Source: Balanoglossus misakiensis
Lineage: Eukaryota > Animalia > Hemichordata
Assembly (NCBI GenBank): GCA_040954595.2
Contig: CM082591.2
Coordinates: 4,449,957 to 4,513,956 of the forward strand
Reading direction: 5' to 3'
DNA length: 64,000 nt
The notes below the pieces were generated by a model. It did not search any database and had not been told where the DNA came from. It saw only the letters and a program-made list of their open reading frames with translations. Positions 12,201 through 23,200 of this stretch are shown here, one piece after another (the stretch's first letter is position 1; every line of letters starts with the position of its first letter). The translations under genes were made by a program, and so were the position numbers.

Positions 12201-15200
12201 TCTTCGCCGCCACCGCTGCAACTATCGTCTCGGGCGCCATGGCCGAGAGGACCGAGTTTGGTGCATATATGATCTACAGCTGCATCATCACAGGTCAGTT
12301 TTGAAACTAAAACTACGGATGTATTAGGCAAAGTCGCCGACGCTTCAAAGCGTATCGAAATCGGACCGTATGTGATTTTTTTTTATCTTTTCAGGGTTAG
12401 TTTATCCAGTTGTGAGTCACTGGGCGTGGGCCGAGGAAGGATGGTTGTATATTGGTCCTGGCAATGACATAACATATCAGGTGAGTCCGTGTACACTATA
12501 AGGTTAGACACATTAAATTAAAAAGGCCATCATCGCTCGATGTCAGTTTGTATCTCCGACAGCTAGCGCCACCTATCTTCTCTCTCGTGCCATTTTTGCA
12601 GGATTTTGCTGGCAGTGGAGTGGTCCACGTGGTCGGAGGGACGTCCGCTTTGGTGGGTGCTGCCATACTGGGACCGAGAATCGGACGATTTGTGAACGGC
12701 AAGCCCGTCAACATCTCAGGACACACTGTACCGGTGCGTATTACACATCAATAGGCCGTTTTCCGAATTCCACGAGACCCCGCGAAATTACACACATGCG
12801 CATAAGACGATCGTCGGCCTTTAAGACATCTCTGAAATCTCTGAACCCTTTAAATTTCTTCTTGTTTCTCTTTTAGCTTGTAGCGCTCGGTGGCTTCATC
12901 CTGATGTTCGGATTCTTCGCTTTCAACGGCGGCTCCCAAGCCAGCATCTCGCAGCCAGGTGATGGTCCCGTGGTTTCATTGGCTATCGTGAACACCGTCA
13001 TCGCTGGCAGCTTCGGGGCACTGGTTGCCTTGGCGATACACAGGATGGGCGCCTTTTCCTCTGGGGCACAGTGGAGTCTGCTGACTACCATCAACGGCGC
13101 CCTCACAGGCATGGTAAGTATAATTGAAGTTGGGCCGAGATCTCATTTGCAATTATGTAGTCTGGCACTTTAAAACGAACATGTCAGTTTTGAAAAAATC
13201 TAATGGCGACGATCGAGATTTTATTGTGGTTTCTCCGTGTGGCCTGACAACACAGGCGAATGTGACTGTATAACTAAACTTGAGATGTTCCATCCCCAAA
13301 GAATGTAGGCCTTTTTAACTACAACTCTTCGTCTTTAAATTATTCTCCAGGTTGCTATTTGTGCTGGGTGTTGTTGCGTTCATCCTTGGGCTGCTTGTAT
13401 CATTGGTGTCATAGCCGGTGTGACATACCTCTTCTGGAGCTGGGCAGTTCTCAAAGTTGGAATTGACGACCCCCTCGACGCAGTCGCTGGTAAGATTTTG
13501 AGCAACGTGCATTTCATTCAAAAAATGTATCAAATTTTGAACAAACAGCAGCAAATTATGGCGCGAAACTAATACACGGCCAGTCATCGATTCGGCGCTG
13601 TTAGACCAGGCGCCCAAATTTGAGTAAAATGTAGGTACATGTAAGTAGACATTTTGTACATGTTTTGCAAATGAAATGCAATATGGAGCACCTAACACTG
13701 ATTATGTTGTCTGCTTTTCTAGTTCACATGGGTGGCGGTATATGGGGAGTCGTATCCGTGCCGATACTAGCAACTGATACAGGCATCCTGTTCAACATCT
13801 CCGAATCAGTGGCCTGGCAGGTAAGTTCTCTAGCCTACTACATTTGACCTCTGAACGCCACTAGACGTGACTAGACATATGGACTGCAGGCTTGCTACTT
13901 TGTAAACACACCATTGACTTTGTTCCCTGCCAATCGATACATGCTATATCAAAGTATCATAGAAATGAGATACAAAGTAACGAAGCATTCTATGCCATGA
14001 TGTACATTGTATATACAATGTAACAACCACATTGATTGCAATAAAGTACATGTACAATGTAACAGGTAACATGTTACCTACGTCGACTTTCTGGCAACTA
14101 TGTAACAATAAGAGGTACCCATACGCACAGTCGCAGACATGGCGACGCTCACACTTTAAACGTTCAAAATTAACATGAGGCGATTTTCTTTTATCAACAA
14201 GGCATTTGGATGGAACTTGGCCGGTCTTGGCGCCATCGTAGCTTGGTCGGGAATGATTTCACTGATGCTCTTCGGCATCCTCTACACAACCGATACACTG
14301 AGAGTCAGCCCAGAATTAGAACAGAAAGGTAAGCTCAAGGCAAGCGGTGATTTTCAATCCCCGGTCACATAAGTCCTTGTTGATGGTGGACGTTTATGAG
14401 ATAGAAAACCTTTGTTTTTCCACTCAGCTAACGACTCGTGCTGATCTGGCTGAATAACCAAAATCACAAACAAGAGAACATATACACTTCCAGTTTGCAA
14501 GCAAGCCATGTGGCCAATTTCCCTGACCCTGTTTATGAAGCATAGAGGCCATTTTTCATTCATTCATTGAATTGTCTTTTTACCATATAGGGCTTGATAT
14601 TCCCAAACACGGCGAACCCGCCTACCCAGTGGACAGCTATGGACACGGTTGGGGTGGAATGGGCCATGCACTGGCCGAAGAGACCAAACCCAGCCTGAAC
14701 GGAATCGACAATCCAGGTAAGAACCTCTTACTCCCACGACCTCGTCCGCGGGCATTTTTTACATTTCATTTCCCTCAAAATGCTATGTGCTAACGACAAC
14801 AGTATTCACATATAAACAAGAATTGCTAGTATATCACAGAGAAAACCCATATGCTTCACAGCTTAGTGAAAGCATTGTAAATTTTACTCAAGAACTTTGT
14901 CTTGAATTCAAGCATTATTTTAACCCTTGTTTTATATTTACAGTGGTGATCATCGACTATCCACCAGATATGGAAAAGAGGAAGATATCAGATAGCGAAA
15001 CAGGTACTGAAAATCATTATGTAACCGGTTTCAATATGCATGTACATGTCCTACTAGTAGTAAGCTTATGCATTGGATTATTTACAGACGACACCTCCAT
15101 GATTATCATACATTTTCATCGTCGACCTAATTTAATACAACTTGCAACCTAAATTATTATATTTTGCATCATACGAACAGTGTTATCGAGGAATGCGTCG

Positions 15201-15357
15201 TTGATTACTTATGTATGCTACTGTATTCCCGTTGAATCTTTGTTCTTTTTTCTCTCGACCCCATGAAGGTAATGGAGTAAACGGACAGCCACACCACGAT
15301 GTCGGGGTCTCGACTGACTTGGAACCCGAGGATGAAACGATTGATACGCCGCTATAA
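9255..15357 (+). CDS. AMT: Ammonium transporter (Amt family), about 512 aa. Exons: 9255-9381 (1a) or 10562-10691 (1b), 11779-11868, 12066-12293, 12395-12480, 12602-12733, 12877-13113, 13351-13489, 13723-13820, 14202-14328, 14591-14716, 14944-15003, 15269-15357
   Basis: Motifs [52 protein letters not shown] and [11 protein letters not shown], with both pore histidines present. All GT-AG junctions are phase-consistent. Confidence 0.95.
11954..11997 (+). repeat. (GAT)n microsatellite
   Basis: Directly visible. Confidence 0.9.
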
Positions 15358-16196
15358 ATATACACCGCACCATGCAACAAGTTGTTCTAGATTTTTGGTA
15401 TGGTGGCCGGTGGGGGCGATCTTTAAACAACGGGGGTGCCTAGCCTTGGAACTTGCCTACGCATGTCCGTCGAGGTGGAAGGGATTACAGTTGTTGGGAA
15501 ACGTTCTGACAGTTTTGCCTATTACAGTGGAACACACATCCGGGGCTGTTTCTGCAAGCCGCAACTCAAAATGTGTTTATAGTAGATACATGTTATAATT
15601 TAGAGGGGTGGAAAGATTCTCTTGTTCAAACTGTCAGACGATGGCAGTTATGAAATTCCATGGGTATTATTTATACATTTCTATGTATGTGTACAGTATA
15701 TAGCATAAACAGTAATCAATGTTAAATTACACATATGCGCGCACACCAATTATTACTCAGGGGATGTGTTTATAGTAAGTTAAGTCCTTTTTCGACTGCT
15801 CATCATAAATATAGACTTTATAGTTACTAGGTAAGCCTATTTTTCTTGCCTTGACCAAAATATTGTACCGAACAAAACTATTTACCGATTGCCGACTAGA
15901 AAAGGGCGAGAGGAACAGCTGTATATTTTGATATTTTTCAGTATTAAAAATCGTTCACAAGTACTTGTTTTATCGAGTCTGGTTTCTTGTGTTTAACACA
16001 TTTTGAGACCCAGTATTTTGCTCAGTTATACGTGTGAAAGCTGTATTAGTTTTGACAATAGTAAAATTATTGTTGTTACAATATAAGCTTTCACTAAAAG
16101 GCTTTAACTTATTTGGTCTGTATGGGAAGTAGATAACGGTAACCACCAATTATAAAAATGGCAAACATATGATATTGCTGCAAAGAGACTATAATC

Positions 16197-16350
16197 TTAA
16201 AGGTATACGGTCACCTATGGAAGATTAGCTAAAGTTACCATGGCACATTGAGATCTAGCCAATTACAGATTTTCAGTGACTCAAATACGCCATTTCAGCC
16301 GTATTCATGACATGGGTGTATGTAAATAGGAGGTGACTGTATACCTTTAA
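16197..16350. mobile_element. TTAA-flanked MITE (Kolobok-like AGG termini)
   Basis: TTAAAGGTATACGGTCACCT ... AGGTGACTGTATACCTTTAA, 19/20 inverted match. Confidence 0.8.
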
Positions 16351-17061
16351 AACATGGTGCACTGCCGAGAAATTATAAAAGTCGCTCACCTGTTCAAACA
16401 ACCTCATTTCCATAATCAGTGTTTCTCTTGTCCGTCCAAGCATGGTGTCGCTCCAAACGGGTCAAGTCAGCGGCTCTTTTCAGAAGATTCCTGGTAAAGT
16501 TCAATAGTTCCATGCCCGACTGGGGTGTTGGTGGGAATTCAACTCCTATAGTTCCATGTCTCTCTCGAAATACGTCAGTTTTCCTGCGGTTTCCCGGTCC
16601 GTGAGAATTTCGGCCATCTTGGAGCACGCGGAGAAACTCCCCAATGCGTCTTCGTTGAGTCAACGTCACAAGTCGAGTGACGCAACCACCCCAACACCTG
16701 TTCACTTCATCAACCAATCAGAAAACAGTTGTGCGCTGATTATAATTCTATGGCGTCAAGTCATCCAATCATTGCGGTCGGTTGTTTGGAGGTGTTTTCT
16801 TCACTCATGTTACAGAAATATACAATATCTTCCTGCTAATCATTTCATAACACAACAATATATCTACATATTCACGTTTTCGCAGGACAAAGCATGACCC
16901 GAAAATTCAACAACGTCGTATTATATAATTTATAAAACACTGTAAAAGTCCAAATCAAGAACTTTAAATGTGAATTAGACACAGTTTTTCAATACCAAAG
17001 AATTTATTTTTTTCTCTAAAGCAAAATAATACCAAAATTAGTCACAACGAAGGAAAATTAT

Positions 17062-18218
17062 CTAGATAGGCGGCGGTTCAAGATGGCGGACTGTGAGCAA
17101 GCGAGTGTTCCTTAGTAACCACCGTTCGATGCTGTATTTGTCGATCGTGATGCAAATGATACTTCCACAGTTTCCGCGACTGACTACGCTTCCCAGAATT
17201 CCGAGAACTACCAGAGCGATAGACAACAGCAACAAGATGGCGAGCACATTAAGGATCTTTATACATAAGCTTGTGGATGCGTCTTGCTGTATGCTCTCTG
17301 CTGAACTGTTTTCGGTCCAAAAGATGCCCTCGCTAATTTGATGATCTATGCCAACACAAGGGGGCCTCGTTCCCAACACTTCGGTAGCAGATTGTCGTTC
17401 AGAACCAGTCTCTGTGTCTGTGAAAATTTCGATTTCACCAGAAACGCAAATCATTTCTACCTCGTTTGAAAAATCTTCGCGTGTCTCTGAAAATTGACTT
17501 ATTTCATCGTGGAACGGAGTGTCGTCGACGTCTGAAGAGAATTCCTCGGTCGAATTTTGCATTTGGTCGTCCACATGGACAGATTCGTTTGCTGGTAAAC
17601 TCTGACATTCTGGTTCGTCTGCTGGTGCCTCGCCCGTTTCAGAACGTTTAAATGGAGATAGACTACCAACGAAACGACCGATAATTTTCTTAAAATGTTC
17701 CAACGAAGTTGTCGTGTGAGGGTGGGTTGGACATGGCCGCAAGTTTCTTACGAGTGGAGCGGGTTGCAAACATGGCGGTGGCCCACGGGGTGATGAGAGC
17801 GCGGTTTCCTGATTTTCAGTGGAAGTTGGGCATTCGGCTGATCCCTTGGCCTCCCCAACGACAGAACACCGGGATTCTATGACAGAAATCTCGCGTCCCC
17901 CAGCGAAAGCAGGCCCGTCTAAATAAGGTACAGGGTCATCGATATCCGAGAGCCGCGGTTCTTCGCTGATAACTAGGCCTACAGTCGAATCATCGACTTC
18001 TACACGCTGCGGTTTGTCGTCGACACGAACCACCAGATCTTCGATCACCGACAGGTTTGGTGATTCCACGACTGTATGAATTTTCTCTTCCCTGCCAAAA
18101 CGGACCAAGCGAGGATCCGGAGACATTAGTTTTGTAGGCTTACATTCTTCTACTGTAATATTACTGACAACTGTCTTCCGAATTTTGGCTCTGGGGGAAA
18201 TAACAACCAAATTATCAC

Positions 18219-18257
<39 letters not shown>

Positions 18258-19743
18258 ACCATCATCCTCTCCCTCTCTCCCTGTCTGTCTGTCTGTCTCT
18301 CTCATACGCAGTTGAGGCGACCCCTTTTAAGATCTACACTTGCCTTTTCAAAATGTCTTGTATCCTCTGAAGACGAATCTTAATATCGGCGTTGTTGTTG
18401 GCCATGTGTTCCATGTAGTCGACAAGTTTGAGTAATTTCGATTTGACCGCCTGCACTCCTTGCAAGAGACCAATTGTCTGTGTCCTGTCCGACAGGTCAA
18501 ACACCTTGCCGTTCATGGCGTCAACTTCCTGGCGCAATCTTGTGATAACCTCTTTGCTTCTCATGGAGATGACTGGAATGGTCTAGAAATATACGATAAA
18601 AATATCCGGAAGACTGAACCCTACTCCATTGATTGGTTTTCATGCACTTGTCTCTCGAATCTATATACAAATTCGCTACGTGTCTTTCCACGTGTCTTCT
18701 GTTTCATACTTTACCTCACACCCACCAACCTTTTGCCAGTTATTATATGTTGTCATGGAAACCACTATCTACACACTCACTTTTAAATTTTCCAATATGT
18801 CTTTCAGTTCCTGTCTCAGTTCGTCCTTCGCTTGATTACTCAGCTGCGTCTCCGCGTCCAGTTGCCTCACGACGCTCTCCTGCTCCTCCCTGATGTCGTC
18901 TGCAACCGCGTGAAATTCTTCTTCCAGTTTCATGTTTTCCGCGAGTTTCAGTGTGACGGCGGCGATTTCACTTTTGATCGCTTCTTCCTCGCCCTCTCCA
19001 AGTTCAAATTCATCGAATTCCTCAGCTGCAGAGACTGCGCAGTGGCGACTGGTGGCAGTGTTCGGGGACGACTCCTGTGCTCGCTTTTCGCCGGGGGAGG
19101 ACTTCTTGTTGGTTTTACCGTCGTGCGTTTGGTTATCACTTTCACGTTGTCGAGCTCCGTCGGATGCGGCTAGATTTCGCTCGTCTGTTTGAGGATAGCA
19201 CCCCCGATGAAATAAAACATCACAGCTCTCGCTAAGACCCGACTCACCAAAATTACCACCGACGTATGAAACTTCCCTCTTCTCGGTTCCGAAAACCGTT
19301 ACTTGTCGGCTGTGTTCCCGAGGTCCGTTTGCTACGCTGACTCTGTCGTGTGGGCGTCCCCGGTCGATGCGGCTTTCCTCCCGATTGTCGGCGACCTCGC
19401 GTTGACTTACCGGGGAGTACGGAAGATCGCCGTTTGTTTGAACGGCAACCTCAGTTCTGCGTGCGGGGCCAGACGTCCAAATATCCTGACCAACAGCGTT
19501 ACTTTTCGTCAGCGACTTTCTTTCGCGTAATCGAGTAATCTGCGCTCGGATCAAGTCCTGGACGCTGCCGAACGGAGACCGGTCGTTGATTCGAATCCTC
19601 ACCGGCGCGCGCGTTGCTTTGGTCTCCTCTTGACCACGCGTGTTATCTGCGGGGTAGTTTTCTCCGCGAGTGCTTTGATATAACTCTTGTGTATCCGACG
19701 AACTGCCGTCTTCTTTCCCGTTTTCAGTTTGTGGGGCAAACAT
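17062..19743 (-). CDS. Tail-anchored coiled-coil protein with C-terminal KASH-like domain, about 776 aa. Exons 19743-18781, 18582-18344, 18190-17062
   Basis: Three long ORFs join in frame through a GT-AG (phase 0) and a GC-AG (phase 2) intron. Central heptad-rich region, one TM helix, short luminal tail ending RHLEPPPI-stop, AATAAA on the minus strand near 17003-17008. Confidence 0.75.
18191..18343 (-). other. GC-AG intron in the KASH-like gene
   Basis: AAG|GCAAGT donor gives phase 2, matching the TTTCCCCCAG| acceptor. The nearby GT is in the wrong phase. Confidence 0.75.
18219..18257 (+). repeat. (TCTA)n microsatellite
   Basis: Directly visible. Confidence 0.9.
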
Positions 19744-20278
19744 AACGAAGTGGTCATCATTTCTTTTGACTTACAGTTCGCCACACTGCAGGAAACATCG
19801 CACGACGGTCCACGTCGCGACAAAGTGACGCGCAAGTAAAGACGTCGGAACCTCGCGCGCGTGTGCGAAAACTGTTCTCCGGTAACCTTGGAAACAGCGC
19901 AGAAAAGGCGCTTTCCCTACCGCATTGACATTTTTGTCAAGACTGTGTGATTCACTAATCTCCTTATTGAAAATCACGGGAAAATGAGTGGTTTGAAATT
20001 GAATAAAAAAATAAAGTGCCGAGTTTATCGAACTCACGACAGAAACTCTCGTGGCTCTCCGACATTCAACAGGTGTGTCACGTGACCTTGATGCGAAAGA
20101 ACAAATGAACAATCGCTGATTCGCGGTGACGTCACACAAAAGCAAAATCTTTCTCCAAAGGAGAACTTTCGCAACAACAACACTCTGGGGGTCACACCTT
20201 TTCTCACCAGCGATGGGGGAAAATGACTTCGAACGCGACAACTGGTGGTGGTACATGGTTCTATACTAAGCATTGAAC
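19744..20278. promoter_or_regulatory. Likely bidirectional promoter (KASH-like / SLC9C1)
   Basis: Divergent ATGs 535 bp apart; CpG-rich; palindromes GTCACGTGAC (20077-20086) and GTGACGTCAC (CRE, 20126-20135); TTTGAA at 19992. Confidence 0.6.
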
Positions 20279-23200
20279 ATGGCAACTGTCAGTTCAATGG
20301 CGACTACGGTCGGCTTGGACTTTCTGACGCTGGCGTTCAACGCGTCGTCGTCGCACGACAACCACAGCGACGAACACGCCGACGTCGAACACGGTGGACA
20401 CGACCCGCACGATGACCAACACGGGCACGGAGGGCCGCCTTACGTCATTCTCTTCGTGTTCGCCTCTTGCGCAATGGGAGGTAAGTCTCCCCCCCGGTCC
20501 CTCACACTTTGATTCACAGAATGGCCAACGTTTTGAATTTATTTGAGGACGCAGTAAACATCATTCTTCGATGATGCAGGCCTATAAAACGACATTCGTT
20601 TTATGAGCCCAACATACCCAAATGGTCGGTATGTTTTAGTTTTGGCATATTTCTGCAATTCGCAATGCGAACAGAAAAAGGGGAAACGATGTTTTATTGT
20701 CTCCTTGCTTTGTGTGGTGATGACGATAACAACCATTCTGTCTGTCTGTCTGTCTGACCACACACATATCCACCAATCCCTTTGTCTTCGTCTGTCACTC
20801 TCCCTCTCTGTCTGTCTCTCTCTCTCATGCACGCACACATACACATATCCACCGATCCGCATTTATCCACACTGTCCCTTTCATCCCTCCAGCTCTCATC
20901 CGCACCATTCTCAACAAGGTGCCCGTCAACATTCCCTACACGGTGGTCTTGCTCATCCTCGGCGCGCTCATCGGAATTCTCTCCACCAACGTGCACGAAG
21001 TGGCCAAGTACACGGTCATGGTCCACATGGACCCTCACCTGATTCTCCACGTCTTTCTGCCGGTTCTCATCTTCGAGTCCGCCTTCGCCATGGACGTGCA
21101 TACGTTCATGAAGTCTGCAATTCAGGTCAGTTGCATATCTTCGGTTCATATGTCTGTATGTCCGCCTACATGTATTTCTGTCCGTGTATCTGTCTGTCCC
21201 TCATTGTATCTAGTATCTATCTATCTATCCATCCACACACCCGTTCGTCCGTCTGTATGGTTCCCGTGTTGATGTAGGGCCTGCCTTGATCCCGCCACAT
21301 GGAATTCGCATGGGGAACATCTCTTGTTTTTCATTCTATGGCGTGTAGAAAGTTACTGTTTCTAACCACACAGCATTTTGATGAAATATGGCGCTGGGGT
21401 AGCCCTGCGTACAGGTCTAGTTCCACTGTCCGAGGTCTCACACTTGCCTCGTTCTCGTGTGTCGTTTCCCAGATCTGCATCTTAGCCCTGTTTGGGTTGA
21501 TCGTCGCTTCGCTGCTGACAGCGGTCCTGGCCATGAATGTGTTCGACTACGGCTGGGATTTCAACACCGCTATGATGTTCGGCTCCATCATGAGTGCGAC
21601 GGACCCTGTGGCTGTGGTGGCGCTCTTGAAAGACCTTGGTGAGTGGTACAATGTGCGCCCCCTGGAGTCTTCGGCTTCTGGGGCGTTAGTTTCGATAATT
21701 ACTATTTTGGCATCTATCGTTGTAGCATAACAATTTATGAGAAAATTATTCAAAATGTTTATATTCTATTTTCTATACAGGGGCTTCTAAGCAACTCGGC
21801 ACGTTGATCGAAGGGGAATCTCTGCTCAATGACGGTTGTTCAATCGTCATCTTTAACGTCTTCATGGAGTTGAGCACCGGAAAGGGTAAAACAGGTAAAA
21901 AAATAAAAGTAGAATTGTGTTTTTTTTTAATCTGTTACTGTTCCGCTGTCTCGCATATTTCCAGTCAAAAGTGGGCAAACTTCAATCTGACGTACCGGTG
22001 ATAGCAACATCGTGTTGGGTTTGATTGTCAACATATCCGTTCCCTAGCAACATATCTGTTCCCGGGTCCATGTCAGTGGTGGCCTCAATGTAGCAATCGA
22101 AACATCAACATTTGCCATGGGAACCAGGCCATTTTCCGCGGCAGACATACCATCTATATAGTTTTTGAACGTCCATATCCATTTTTCTAGGCGGTGAAAT
22201 CGCCCTCTACTTTGTTCGAGTGGCGTTTGGCGGACCTGTGTTCGGCTACATCATGGCCAAACTGACGACGCTGTGGCTGTCGCACATTTTCAATGATGCG
22301 CTGACGGAAATCACCATCACCGTCGCTTCAACCTACCTGACGTTTTACATCGGCGAGGGCGTGCTTCAGGTGTCTGGCGTCTTGGCTGTCGTCGTGTTGG
22401 GTCTGATCGTCAGTGCCGAGAAGACGAGTATCAGCCCTGAAGTTGAAGTCTTCTTGCACAGGTAGGGAGGATGATGTGTTTGTTACTGCTGCCTAACTTG
22501 GCAAAGTTAGCAACTTCAAATCATGCGTTTTCTTTAAGGTCCTTTGAGTCTCAAAAACCAGCCTCATATTTTGCTCATGGCAACTTTAGAAATTGTCCTC
22601 TCTTTAAATTTAAAATTAAGGGTTCAATTTTGAATGAGAGATCAAAATTGTCTAGGTTTTGAAATCTCTATGTTAATTAACGCTATGGAGAAAATTAATG
22701 GGGAAAACGGTAAACACGTTGCTTTCTTCGCTGATTTCAAAAAGAATCACTGCACATATTAATGTGACAAAGAATTGAAAGTTTTGGAGGGCTGTCATTT
22801 TTTAAATGAAAATCTACCCTCGAAGGGCATGCTACCTTAAAGCATTACGGAAAAACTTCACTTCATTTCAGAATGAGCTTTTTAACTGATATTTTTGCTT
22901 TCTAAGATTCTGGGAGATGCTGGCGTACCTGGCGAATACTCTCATCTTTGTTTTGGTCGGCGTCGTGATCGTGGAGCTCGCCATGAACAGCGTGGAGTCC
23001 AGCGACTGGTTCTACATCCTGACTACCTACATCGGCATCAACATCATCAGGTACGGATGACTGCCATATCCATTCCCTATAGTGTGACTGTCCCAACGGT
23101 ATCGGAAACAACTGTTGCCGGACAAAAGCTTTGTAGCAAAGGTTGGGGTGTGGATGGGGCCCATATAAAAACTAAGGGGAGGTTGGGATGGGGGCCCTGT

